This document shows positions 28,609-37,684 of a stretch of DNA of 64,000 nucleotides, piece by piece. Position 1 is the stretch's first letter; each line of letters opens with the position of its first letter. The position numbers and the translations under genes were made by a program. The notes below the pieces were generated by a model. It was not told where the DNA came from. It did not search any database and saw only the letters and a list, made by a program, of their open reading frames with translations. The stretch comes from an uncultured Elusimicrobia bacterium (GTDB lineage Bacteria > Elusimicrobiota > Elusimicrobia > 2-01-FULL-59-12), in the NCBI GenBank assembly GCA_964441955.1, contig CAYTWA010000007.1, positions 71,555 to 135,554 of the forward strand. The letters are read 5' to 3'.

Positions 28609-28838
28609 TACAAGCGGGCACGTTTTTGAGGCTTGGGTTGCTGGCGCCCCTCTGCGAAGAAGTCACTCGAAAGGCGAGTTAAAAGCGCATAGGCATGAGC
28701 AAGCGAGTGGGGTTTTTCGCGGATCACCAGATCAGCCCCCTTCCTGAAAATTTCCACTCGTTTACAGGTCAAGTGAAACTTTCGAGGAATGCGAACCGCT
28801 TGAGAGTTTCCACTTCGAAACACTTTGGTTGTCGCCAT
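28608..28838 (-). CDS. vapB: VapB antitoxin (AbrB/SpoVT-like)
   Basis: 'VFRSGNSQAVRIPRKF' swapped-hairpin motif immediately upstream of vapC. The track ORF has an 11-aa extension. Confidence 0.7.
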   Translation of the reverse strand: MATTKVFRSGNSQAVRIPRKFHLTCKRVEIFRKGADLVIREKPHSLAHAYALLTRLSSDFFAEGRQQPKPQKRARL

Positions 28839-28877
28839 GCGTGAAGTATACACGCCATGTATATACGTCACAAGGGC

Positions 28878-29549
28878 TTATTTTAGATTGGAGATGTGGT
28901 ACGTGGCCGAAGGGTCGAAAGGGCCGCCGTCGCGTTTGAGGCGGCCTTGGGTTTGAAGCTGGGTTAGCAGGCGTGCCATGCTGCGGCGGGGGATGGCCAG
29001 CGCCTCGGACAAGGCTTTGGGGGTTTGCGGGCCGTTGGCGCGGACGTATGAAACGATTTGCTCTTCTTCCGAAGCGTCAGAAGGGGGTAAGCCCGCGGCG
29101 CTGGGGGAGCCACCCGTCACCGCCTGGCGTGCCCGCGGTGTCCGGCGAAACTGGCGAAGCGCATAGGCGCCGAAGAAGACGCTGATCACTTTAATGGTGG
29201 TTTCTTTAAGTTCCGGCGGCATCGGGCGAGTGGGGTCGGCAATCCGCCAAACCCCCGCTGCCAACAACAGCAACACCCAAACCGTGATGATCGGCCCGCC
29301 TTTTCTAATCTTCTCCGGCCAGCCCCCCGCGTCTTCGGGTTCCGTGTCTTTCATCCAGCGCTTGATCTCGGGGGCCCCCGCATACGCCACCAAGAAGACC
29401 ATATAAATATCGCTCCACGAATCCGGCGAGTAAAACGCCCCCCGGGTCCACAAATAGAGCGCATTCAAGGTTATGAGAAACGCCGTGCCCCCCAAGGCAA
29501 AAGGTCTCATAAACAAGCTGCCATCCTTCGTTTGCGGTAACTCTGCCAA
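28878..29549 (-). CDS. Membrane-anchored winged-helix (MarR/ArsR-like) protein, paralog 1
   Basis: 3-4 N-terminal TM helices and a C-terminal '..EEQIVSYVRANGPQTPKALSEALAIPRRSMARLLTQLQTQGRL' wHTH. About 45% identity to the ORF at 50052..50726. Confidence 0.55.
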   Translation of the reverse strand: MAELPQTKDGSLFMRPFALGGTAFLITLNALYLWTRGAFYSPDSWSDIYMVFLVAYAGAPEIKRWMKDTEPEDAGGWPEKIRKGGPIITVWVLLLLAAGVWRIADPTRPMPPELKETTIKVISVFFGAYALRQFRRTPRARQAVTGGSPSAAGLPPSDASEEEQIVSYVRANGPQTPKALSEALAIPRRSMARLLTQLQTQGRLKRDGGPFDPSATYHISNLK

Positions 29550-29570
29550 AGTAATGGAATTATAGTGATT

Positions 29571-29671
29571 TTGGCATGGTTCCTGGCAGGGTTCTGCTTG
29601 CGACAGTAATTTAGTGCCAAAATCTCATTTGGCAGGGTTATTAAGACTATTTGGCATGGTTTGGCAGGGTT
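29571..29671 (+). repeat. Array of five direct repeats TGGCA(T/G)GGTT (starts 29572, 29584, 29630, 29652, 29662), plus two inverted TGCCAAA half-sites at 29541 and 29614, in the divergent promoter region
   Basis: Read directly in the sequence. The last two copies are tandem at a 10-bp period. Confidence 0.6.
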
Positions 29672-29707
29672 GCGCCGTGGCGTCTTTTTGGATATTATGA
29701 AGCCACC

Positions 29708-30481
29708 ATGTCAGCCTTAGTCTTATCCAACATTTCTAAAATTTACCGCCGGTCTCACCTGGGCCGGACGAAAGAAACCGCGGCCATTCAGAGTTTGTCC
29801 CTCGAGGTGCGCGCGGGGGAAGTGTTTGGGCTGCTCGGCTTAAACGGGTCTGGGAAAACCACGACCATCAAAATGCTTTTGGGGCTTTTGCGGCCTACCC
29901 AGGGAACGATCCAGGTTCTTGGCCGCGCCATGCCCGACCGCCAGGTGCTCGCGCGTGTGGGGTATCTTCCCGAAGCGGCGTATTTATGCAAATGGATGAC
30001 TGGCCGCGAAGCGGTAACGCTTTTTGCCACGCTTTCTGGGATCCCGGCGTCTTCTCGAAAAAAGGCCGTTACCGATATTCTGGAACGTGTGGGAATGACC
30101 GTGGCGGCCGACCGCAAAATTGGCGAATATTCCAAAGGGATGCTGCAGCGTATCGGCATGGCACAAGCACTCGTCCATGACCCCGAACTGTTGATTTTTG
30201 ATGAACCCATCACCGGACTAGATCCTTTGGCGGTCAAGGATATGCGCCAGTTGGTGGCGTGGCTCAAAGCCAAAGGCAAAACCGTTTTCTTTTCCTCGCA
30301 CGATATGTCGGAAGTCGAAAAACTTTGTGACCGCGTCGGCATTTTAGCGGGCGGGCACCTGGCGCTCACCGCCGAACAAAAAGACTGGCGCGACCGCCCC
30401 GGACATTTAGAAGAGCTTTTTACCGCCACCGTTAAACGATCCGATGCGATCGGAATGCTTCAATTCAATGAAGGAGAATAA
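29708..30481 (+). CDS. ABC transporter ATP-binding protein (ABC-2 exporter type)
   Basis: Walker A 'GLNGSGKTT', signature 'YSKGMLQR' and Walker B 'LIFDEP'. Confidence 0.85.
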   Translation: MSALVLSNISKIYRRSHLGRTKETAAIQSLSLEVRAGEVFGLLGLNGSGKTTTIKMLLGLLRPTQGTIQVLGRAMPDRQVLARVGYLPEAAYLCKWMTGREAVTLFATLSGIPASSRKKAVTDILERVGMTVAADRKIGEYSKGMLQRIGMAQALVHDPELLIFDEPITGLDPLAVKDMRQLVAWLKAKGKTVFFSSHDMSEVEKLCDRVGILAGGHLALTAEQKDWRDRPGHLEELFTATVKRSDAIGMLQFNEGE

Positions 30482-30488
30482 GTTGGGG

Positions 30489-30555
30489 CAGAGGGAGTGG
30501 GAGTCGAGGTTGTTTTTATTGAAAGGGCCCTTAACCTCGACTCCCACTCCCTCTG
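30489..30555 (+). other. Perfect 23-bp-stem hairpin (cagagggagtgggagtcgaggtt / aacctcgactcccactccctctg, 21-nt loop) between the ABC ATPase and permease genes
   Basis: Exact reverse complement verified by eye. Confidence 0.7.
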
Positions 30556-30571
30556 TCGTTGCTTCTACCTA

Positions 30572-31336
30572 ATGGACCGTCTTTTCAGCATCATCCGCTA
30601 CACTTTTCAAGAGCATTGGCGCAACCGCGTTTATTTGACGGTGATTCTCTTTGGCGCCATCTTGCTGGGCGGGGCCTTGGTGGTTTCTAGTTTGGCGGTG
30701 GATGCACGCCTGCGCATGCTGAGCGATTTGGGTTTGGCGGCCATTGAATTTATTTCGCTCATCGCTGTGGTATTTGTGACGGTCAATTTAATTCTCCAAG
30801 AAGTAGAAAGCCGAACCATTTACTTGCTGCTGTCGCATCCCTTGCCGCGCTGGCAATATTTGCTGGGGCGCTATGCGGGCACCCTCTTGGCCATAGGGGT
30901 CGGCATGCTGGCGATGGCGGCGCTCCATGCAGGGCTTTTAGGTTTATTTGGATTTACGGCTTTTAAAACGTATGCCGTTTCGCTATTGTGCGCGGTCGCC
31001 AAAGTGCAAGTGGTGGGAGCGGCAGCCTTGTTCTTATCTCTGTTGGCCACCTCGGCGCCCACGGCGATGACGTTTACGTTATTTCTTTGGATGGCCGGTC
31101 ACTTTTCCAGCGAAATGAAATTTTTAGCCGAACGGTCGGCTAACCCGCTGATCAAAGTCGGGGTCTCATTTTTTTATTACGTAGCGCCTAACTTTAGCTA
31201 CTTCAACTATCGCGACTTTGCCGATGCAGTGGCTCCCTCCTATGCCTGGTTTGGTTGGTTGGCCGGTTACACCGCCGCCTATACCGTTGTGTGTTTGGCC
31301 CTTTCTCATGTCCTTTTTGCGAAGCGCGAATTCTAA
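30572..31336 (+). CDS. ABC-2 family transporter permease
   Basis: Six hydrophobic segments downstream of the ATPase. Start is at MDRLFSII. Confidence 0.6.
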   Translation: MDRLFSIIRYTFQEHWRNRVYLTVILFGAILLGGALVVSSLAVDARLRMLSDLGLAAIEFISLIAVVFVTVNLILQEVESRTIYLLLSHPLPRWQYLLGRYAGTLLAIGVGMLAMAALHAGLLGLFGFTAFKTYAVSLLCAVAKVQVVGAAALFLSLLATSAPTAMTFTLFLWMAGHFSSEMKFLAERSANPLIKVGVSFFYYVAPNFSYFNYRDFADAVAPSYAWFGWLAGYTAAYTVVCLALSHVLFAKREF

Positions 31337-32051
31337 AGTTCTTTTCGGGGCGCTTCTCCTAGGGGGCATCAGCCTTCGGGGGTTGCATCATGCTTACGCG
31401 CTGCCTTGGCCTCCCCTTTCGACGTTTTCGGCTGGCCCCGAAGCACTTCAAGATATGTCGTTGGTGGTAGGCGGGTTTCGTCGTTTAGCGGCGGATATGG
31501 CCTGGGTGCAAATGCTGCAGTATATGGGCACCTCGTGGGCGCGCACGCAAGCTGATGAACACGGTCATGAAGGCCATCATCACGATTTGTACGACATCAC
31601 GGAAAAACAAGAAGGCGCCTATGGTCGGCTTAAAGAATTAGCGCTTCGTATCGGGTGGTTGGATCCGTATTTTAAAGAAGCCTACTTGTATGCCGCAGGA
31701 ATTTTGGCCTGGTCCCCCATGGTTGACCGGCCCGAAGAAGCGGTATACGTCCTTCAAGAGGGTCAGCGCGCCAGCCCCGACTATTGGCCCTTTAAAACCT
31801 ATATGGCGGCCATTCTCTACAAAAAGCAGGCTCGCGCCTCGGAAATGACGCATTTATTAGAAGACTCCATCCGCCAACCCGGCTGCCCGACGATGGTCAA
31901 ATCGATCTTAGCCAATTACTACAAATCCCAGAAACGCTACGCCGACGCATTGCGAGTGTGGCAACGGGTCCTAGAAAACCCATCCGATGCCGTCTACCAT
32001 GACACCGCCCGCCGGCAAATGGACCAGCTCATCCCCATGCTTGGGAAATAA
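31308..32051 (+). CDS. Hypothetical secreted protein with His-rich segment (HEGHHHD)
   Basis: Signal-like N-terminus. It overlaps the permease 3' end. Confidence 0.35.
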   Translation: MSFLRSANSKVLFGALLLGGISLRGLHHAYALPWPPLSTFSAGPEALQDMSLVVGGFRRLAADMAWVQMLQYMGTSWARTQADEHGHEGHHHDLYDITEKQEGAYGRLKELALRIGWLDPYFKEAYLYAAGILAWSPMVDRPEEAVYVLQEGQRASPDYWPFKTYMAAILYKKQARASEMTHLLEDSIRQPGCPTMVKSILANYYKSQKRYADALRVWQRVLENPSDAVYHDTARRQMDQLIPMLGK

Positions 32052-32072
32052 GTCCAAAAAAACCGGTAACGT

Positions 32073-32089
32073 TAAATTAACGTTTACGC
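32073..32089. promoter_or_regulatory. 17-bp palindrome AACGTTAAaTTAACGTT
   Basis: Perfect 8-bp arms around a single central base, in the convergent intergenic region. Confidence 0.4.
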
Positions 32090-32292
32090 CACGAGGTTGT
32101 AACACGATATTGTTACTCTCGTTTCATGACGATCAGACAAATCCTTTTGGGTGTGGCGGCCGCGGGGGCGACAGCGGCGCTCATGGTGCACCGGCTGCCT
32201 GAACACAAACCGGCGAAGCCGCTTAGAATCGTCAAGGGAAGTTTTGACTTCAAAGAAGTTTCAAGTCCTACCCCGCGAAAACAAAAACCCTC

Positions 32293-34302
32293 TCAGCCGT
32301 TTAAAACCGCACGCGCCTGAGCGCGCTCTTGGGCGTCACCCATAATGACCAGGATGTCGTTAGCCAAAAGAACGGTGTCGGCTTTTGGGTTGGCCAGCAG
32401 TTTTCCTCGCCGATAAATGCCCACCACCGTAGCGCCCGTTTTTTCACGCAGGCCAACCGCTCGTAAATGGCGTTCCACGACAGGGCTTTCGGGTTCCAAA
32501 TAAATTTTTTCCATCAGTTCGTCTTCTGAGGTGATTTCATTTTCGTGCCGAGTGAGTGCGGCCAAACGCAACGGTTCGCTGGTGGTTAACCCCACAAGAT
32601 GGTCCAGAAAGCCTTCCAAAACCACATACCCTTTTCGGTAGAGGCCTCGCAGAAGATAGGTCATCGCGGGCAGAATCACAAGCGTCGCCGCCCACAAACG
32701 AGGGTCGGCAAAATCACTTCGTGCCCGTAAAAACCAAGCCAGTGTGAGTAGCCCCATCAACAGTGTTTCCGTCGCCGTGTAGGCCTTGTGAATGGGGAGG
32801 ACGCTCAGGAGGCGCGTGGCGCGCAAACGCACAATGCTTTCCGTGAGTGCCAGAAGCAAGAAGTGGTTGATGTAATATACGACCGCTAAAAATAGCGGCA
32901 CCAAAAGCAAATACGCAGCGCTCCATAAAAGAGCGGGAATAAAGCGTTCTTGATGAAGTACGCCCGCCGCCCGACCCGTAAGCAAATAAACAGCCATCCA
33001 AAGGGCGATATAAAGTCCCAGCCGAAACATATACCGCGACAATATCGTGCCTGTTGGAGAGGGGGCGCGGTTTCTAAACCGCTCTATGCGTGCCAGGTAG
33101 CCGTCTTGAAGATGTTGCAATGGTTTCGGAGTAAGCCGGATGACGATGGCTGAAAGGGCTTCGGCGTGGCGAATAAAAAAGGGTGTGGTAAACGCCGTCA
33201 CGGAAGCCACGGCCACGGCCAAAGGATAAAGAAAATCGCCCGCTTTGGGGCTTGCGAGTGCCAGCGATCCAAAGACAAACGAAAATTCCCCGATTTGGCT
33301 GAGGGTAAACCCCGTTTGGAGCGCCGTCGATACCGAATGCCCAGCCAAAAATGTTCCAGAAGAGACGAACAGGATTTTCCCCGTTATGGTGACGAGTGTG
33401 ACAAGCACGATGGGCCCGGCATACGCGTAGAGCATTTGAGGGTCGAGCAGCATGCCGGCCGAAACAAAAAAGATTGCGGTGAAAAGGTCACGCACAGGCT
33501 GAAACCATGTTTCAATCGGGCCGCATTCTGGGGTGACCCCGACGATCGTGCCGATCAAAAAAGCGCCCAGAGCCACCGAGTAACCCGCCTCGGAGGCGGC
33601 GAGCGCGCCGAGCAAACAAAGGCCTAAACTAAGAACCCCTAACGTTTCCATCGATTTGGTGCGCGCCGCCCACTGGGTCAAGCGCGGGACAAGCGCCAAC
33701 CCTACCACGCCGAACAAAATGACGAAAAAACTCACGCGCAGAAGTGAAGCAATCAAGGTGCTGCCCCCCACGCCCAGGCCACTGATTAAGCCGCTGACCA
33801 CCGTGAGCAGCAAAACGGCGGCCACATCTTCGAGAATTAAAATTCCAAGGGCCGTATCGGAACCGCCGCTGCGGAACAATTTGAGATCCGTTAATACTTT
33901 CACGATCACCGAAGTGCTGCTGATGCACATGATGGCGCCTAGGATGACGCTTTCGGTACCGTTCCATCCAAAGAAGCGGCCTAAAAAATACCCTACGAGC
34001 GCCATGGCCGGAACTTCCAAAAGGGTAGTGATGGCGGCGGATGGCCCTACCCGCCGCAGCCGTGGGAGGCTAAATTCAAACCCCAATGAAAACAGTAAAA
34101 ACACAATGCCGAGGCTTGCCATGGTGTGAATGCTGTGTAAGTCTTTGACAAAGGCAAACGGCGGGGTGTGCGGGCCGATGAGCAAGCCCGCCAGCAGGTA
34201 GCCTAATACCGCGGGTTGGTTCAGTTTTCGAAACAACAAGGTGACGGCGGCGGCGGCCGCCATGACCACTGAAAAGTCTCGTAAAAAAACCGTTTCGGTC
34301 AT
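32293..34302 (-). CDS. Monovalent cation:proton antiporter (CPA2/Kef-type) with C-terminal RCK_C/TrkA-C domain
   Basis: About 12 TM segments and a C-terminal '..HLRAVGLREKTGATVVGIYRRGKLLANPKADTVLLANDILVIMG' RCK_C-like sequence. Real start is MTETVFL. Confidence 0.75.
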   Translation of the reverse strand: MTETVFLRDFSVVMAAAAAVTLLFRKLNQPAVLGYLLAGLLIGPHTPPFAFVKDLHSIHTMASLGIVFLLFSLGFEFSLPRLRRVGPSAAITTLLEVPAMALVGYFLGRFFGWNGTESVILGAIMCISSTSVIVKVLTDLKLFRSGGSDTALGILILEDVAAVLLLTVVSGLISGLGVGGSTLIASLLRVSFFVILFGVVGLALVPRLTQWAARTKSMETLGVLSLGLCLLGALAASEAGYSVALGAFLIGTIVGVTPECGPIETWFQPVRDLFTAIFFVSAGMLLDPQMLYAYAGPIVLVTLVTITGKILFVSSGTFLAGHSVSTALQTGFTLSQIGEFSFVFGSLALASPKAGDFLYPLAVAVASVTAFTTPFFIRHAEALSAIVIRLTPKPLQHLQDGYLARIERFRNRAPSPTGTILSRYMFRLGLYIALWMAVYLLTGRAAGVLHQERFIPALLWSAAYLLLVPLFLAVVYYINHFLLLALTESIVRLRATRLLSVLPIHKAYTATETLLMGLLTLAWFLRARSDFADPRLWAATLVILPAMTYLLRGLYRKGYVVLEGFLDHLVGLTTSEPLRLAALTRHENEITSEDELMEKIYLEPESPVVERHLRAVGLREKTGATVVGIYRRGKLLANPKADTVLLANDILVIMGDAQERAQARAVLNG

Positions 34303-36143
34303 TGGAACCCTAGGAGACGGCCCCCTTGAAACACCGCAAACGATGCCAGGTACGCATAGGCGTTCATATAAAGGAACATCACAAGGGGCACTTTCCATCC
34401 CCCCGTTTCCCTTCGTATGACCGCGAGCGTTGACGAACATTGCATGGCGAAGACAAAAAACACCATCAGCGACACAGCCGCTAAGGGTGAAAGGTCGCTG
34501 CGGATGGCTTGTTGAAGGCTGGCTGTATCGGCGCTTGCCGACACGTGATAAATCGTGGCCAATGAGCTTACCATCACCTCGCGCGCCACTTGAGCGGAGA
34601 GCAAGCCCACGCCGATTTTCCAATTAAAACCCAGCGGTTGGAGGAGCGGTTCCAAGAGATGGCCGATTTTGCCGGCGAAGGAATGCTCGATCCCCTCCGC
34701 GCCGGGATGCTGCGGGAAGGTCGCCAGAAACCACAGCACGATGCTGGCGCCCAGAATGATGGTCCCGGCGCGGCGCAAGAAAACTTTTGCCCTATCCCAC
34801 ATAATAAGGAAAACCGTTTTCGCCATCGGTAAGCGATAGGGGGGAATTTCCAAAAAAAACGGGGTGCGGTCGGATTTTAAAATGGAGCTTTTTAAGATCC
34901 AGGCGGTCATCATGGCCGCGAGAAAACCCATGACATAGAGCCCCAGAAGCGTGGCGGCCCGCAAACCCAAAATGCCGGGGATCACCGGAATGTTCGGGAC
35001 GAAGGCGCTAATGAGCAAGGTGTACACCGGCAGACGCGCGCTGCAGGTCATAAAGGGAGCGATCAATATGGTCGCCAGGCGCTCGCGTTTGTTTTCGATG
35101 GTCCGTGTGGCCATGATGCCAGGGACCGCGCAGGCGTAGGATGAAATGAGCGGAAGAAAAGATTTGCCTTGCAAGCCCACGGAGGACAGGGCGCGGTCCA
35201 TCACCAGCGCGGCGCGCGTTAGATACCCCGATTGTTCGAGCGCGGCGATGAAAAAAAAGACGATGAGAATTTGCGGTAGAAAAATGACAACAGACCCCAC
35301 TCCGGGAACGATGCCCTCGGTAATAAGGCGCGCCCAGAGCGTCGGGGGAAGTATGGACTGCAAGGCTCCAGATGCCCATCCAAAAAACCCATCGATGCCA
35401 TCCATAAGCGGCTGTGCCCATGTAAAAATGGATTGGAACACGACTAAAACCACGGCGGCAAACATGAACGGCCCCCCGATGCGGTGCATTAGGATGTTGT
35501 CTAAACGGTCGGACAAGACAGGCGAGGTTAAATCATTCTTAAGGACTGATCGGGTGATTTGTTTCGCTTGGATCCGGCGTTTAAGAATGTCCGCTTCGGT
35601 GGGCAAGAGAAGCTTTCCCGGACTGTCGTGCTGCGTTTTCTTCCCGTGCCACGCGTCGAGGGTTTCATAGAGAACGTTAAGCCCTGTTCCCTTCGTGGCC
35701 GAAATAGCAATCACCGGCGCATTCAACAGCTTCGATAACAAGCCCCCGTCAATGGCGGAGCCACGCAAAGCCAGCTCATCGGTCATGTTGAGTAAGACAA
35801 CGCAAGGGATGCCCGTTTCTAAAATTTGCAGGGTGAGAAACAAACTTTTTTCCAAACTGGTGCTGTCGATAATGCTTAAGACGCCGTTTGGAATCGGCGT
35901 TTGCGGTTGAAGCCCCAGCAGGACTTGGGCCGCCACGCGTTCCTCTTCGGAATTAGGAGAAAGGCTGTACGTGCCCGGTAAATCAATCAACTGGATGTCG
36001 CGGCCCTTTATTCGGAACACCCCTGTTTTTTGTTCTACGGTAACGCCCGCATAGTTCGCCACTTTTTGGCGAAGTCCCGTAAGGCGGTTAAAGAGCGTTG
36101 TTTTCCCGGAATTAGGGTTGCCAGCCACGGCCAGCGTTATCAT
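34299..36143 (-). CDS. feoB: Ferrous iron transporter FeoB
   Basis: G-domain 'GNPNSGKTTLFNRLTG..DLPGTYSL' and a gate/membrane domain. Confidence 0.9.
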   Translation of the reverse strand: MITLAVAGNPNSGKTTLFNRLTGLRQKVANYAGVTVEQKTGVFRIKGRDIQLIDLPGTYSLSPNSEEERVAAQVLLGLQPQTPIPNGVLSIIDSTSLEKSLFLTLQILETGIPCVVLLNMTDELALRGSAIDGGLLSKLLNAPVIAISATKGTGLNVLYETLDAWHGKKTQHDSPGKLLLPTEADILKRRIQAKQITRSVLKNDLTSPVLSDRLDNILMHRIGGPFMFAAVVLVVFQSIFTWAQPLMDGIDGFFGWASGALQSILPPTLWARLITEGIVPGVGSVVIFLPQILIVFFFIAALEQSGYLTRAALVMDRALSSVGLQGKSFLPLISSYACAVPGIMATRTIENKRERLATILIAPFMTCSARLPVYTLLISAFVPNIPVIPGILGLRAATLLGLYVMGFLAAMMTAWILKSSILKSDRTPFFLEIPPYRLPMAKTVFLIMWDRAKVFLRRAGTIILGASIVLWFLATFPQHPGAEGIEHSFAGKIGHLLEPLLQPLGFNWKIGVGLLSAQVAREVMVSSLATIYHVSASADTASLQQAIRSDLSPLAAVSLMVFFVFAMQCSSTLAVIRRETGGWKVPLVMFLYMNAYAYLASFAVFQGGRLLGFQ

Positions 36144-36373
36144 CGAAGGTGAACGTGCTCGGCATCCGACCGCCGGATCGCCAAACAATACCCCATGACC
36201 TCAATAGCCATAGGTCCGCCCAAGGGGGCTAAGCGCAGCACCTTAACCGGTTCGCCCGGACATAGCCCCAGCTGCATCAGCCGATAAGCGGTTTCCGGAT
36301 GAGACGACAAACGTTCAATGATGCCGGTTTGCCCGGGTTTAAGATGCGTGAGGCGATGAGGCGGTGTAGTCAT
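36140..36373 (-). CDS. feoA: FeoA
   Basis: 77-aa SH3-like FeoA sequence 'LKPGQTGIIERL..GEPVKVLRLAPLGGPMAIEV'. Overlaps the feoB start. Confidence 0.7.
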   Translation of the reverse strand: MTTPPHRLTHLKPGQTGIIERLSSHPETAYRLMQLGLCPGEPVKVLRLAPLGGPMAIEVMGYCLAIRRSDAEHVHLR

Positions 36374-37176
36374 GGTCGATGAATGGTGCCAATGCCTGTG
36401 TGCCGGGCGGTGTTTTGCGGCCACAGGGGAGACATCCAAATGTGAGGGCGTTGGTTTGCCCATTCGACAAAAAAAGCTTCAAGTTGGGGAAATTTAGCTA
36501 CTCGGCGCAGCCCTTCTTCTGGACCCAATACAAAAAGCGCCGTGGACCAGGCGTCGGCTTGTGCTGCGCTTGGCGCGATGACCGTGACGCTTCGCCTGGC
36601 GTTCATGGGTTTGAGGGTTCGAGGGTCTAGAATGTGGCCTCCTTTCTCGAAAGGGGCGCTCGTGCTGATGGACCCGCGGCGTTTCATCCAAAATTCAGGA
36701 AGCTCGTCACGTCCCCAGCCGGGAATCTCGATGACGACAATTTCACTGACGTGGTCCTCCCGGTCCCAAAACAAAAGCTGCCCGCCAAAATCCATTCGAA
36801 ACGAAAAAATATCGGAAAACGCGACGAGGCGCATTTGTGCTTGGTCCAATGCAAAACCCTTCCCAAACGCGCCCAAATCCCATTGTCCCTGAAGTTGGGG
36901 GTTAAACGCACCTTGGGTTTCATCGTGATAATGCCGGGCAAGCTTCAGGGCTTCGCGTGTCGAAGAAGAAAGGTCGGCCTCGGCAAGGAGGCCTTGGTTA
37001 AGTCTATACAAGTCGCTTTCTCCACGAAAAACCGAAAGCCGTTCTTCCCATTGTTGAATCGTATCGAGCGCCACTTCTTTCGCTTTTTCAACGCTTTCCT
37101 GGCAGGTGCCTTGGACCGACATTTGCAGCAAGGTCCCCATGACATATCGAATCCCTTCCGCAACAAAAAAACGCAA
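36370..37176 (-). CDS. apbE: ApbE-family FAD:protein FMN transferase (no signal peptide)
   Basis: 'MGTLLQMSV' ApbE hallmark and overall similarity. Confidence 0.65.
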   Translation of the reverse strand: MRFFVAEGIRYVMGTLLQMSVQGTCQESVEKAKEVALDTIQQWEERLSVFRGESDLYRLNQGLLAEADLSSSTREALKLARHYHDETQGAFNPQLQGQWDLGAFGKGFALDQAQMRLVAFSDIFSFRMDFGGQLLFWDREDHVSEIVVIEIPGWGRDELPEFWMKRRGSISTSAPFEKGGHILDPRTLKPMNARRSVTVIAPSAAQADAWSTALFVLGPEEGLRRVAKFPQLEAFFVEWANQRPHIWMSPLWPQNTARHTGIGTIHRP

Positions 37177-37177
37177 C

Positions 37178-37684
37178 TTAGGCCCGTCCCCGTGACCCTT
37201 TCTGGGCAGGGGCCGGCCGCTGCAAATACATCACGAGGGCTGTAAGCAAAAACCCAATCATTCCTTGGAGGGTTAAAAATGAAAGAATTTTCAAAACCGC
37301 GAACCCTGGATGTGCAAACCGCACCAACCACCCTGCGGCTTCTAACAAAAGAGCTGACCCAAAAGACGTGCTTATAAAGAAGGCTTTAAACGCGTTTGAA
37401 AAGGGGGCAAAAATCAGTAAATGGGTCAGCAGCAGCATGACTAAAGCCATCATCGGCAGGTGCATATGGGTGACTTCTAGCATGGCGTGTGCGGAGCGGG
37501 GCGGAAGGAATCTTGCCTCAGAGCCGTTGTAATAGTCCACAACACTTTGAGCGGTAAGGCCCATTTTCGAAAAATAAAAATAGAAGTTGGTGATCCAAAA
37601 ACCGGCCAACAGCAGGCATGTCCACATCAGCGTCAAGCGCATCATGGGGTGGTTTTGAAACCCGCCTTTTTCCAGGTATTTCAT
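37178..37684 (-). CDS. 4-TM membrane protein of unknown function
   Basis: Hydrophobicity pattern. Coupled to its neighbours with overlaps of 0-4 nt. Confidence 0.45.
   Translation of the reverse strand: MKYLEKGGFQNHPMMRLTLMWTCLLLAGFWITNFYFYFSKMGLTAQSVVDYYNGSEARFLPPRSAHAMLEVTHMHLPMMALVMLLLTHLLIFAPFSNAFKAFFISTSFGSALLLEAAGWLVRFAHPGFAVLKILSFLTLQGMIGFLLTALVMYLQRPAPAQKGSRGRA

Noticed and set aside
29584-29601. Possible sigma-54 promoter
   Set aside because: The GG-GC spacing is one nucleotide short of the strict consensus. Kept only as a low-interest note.
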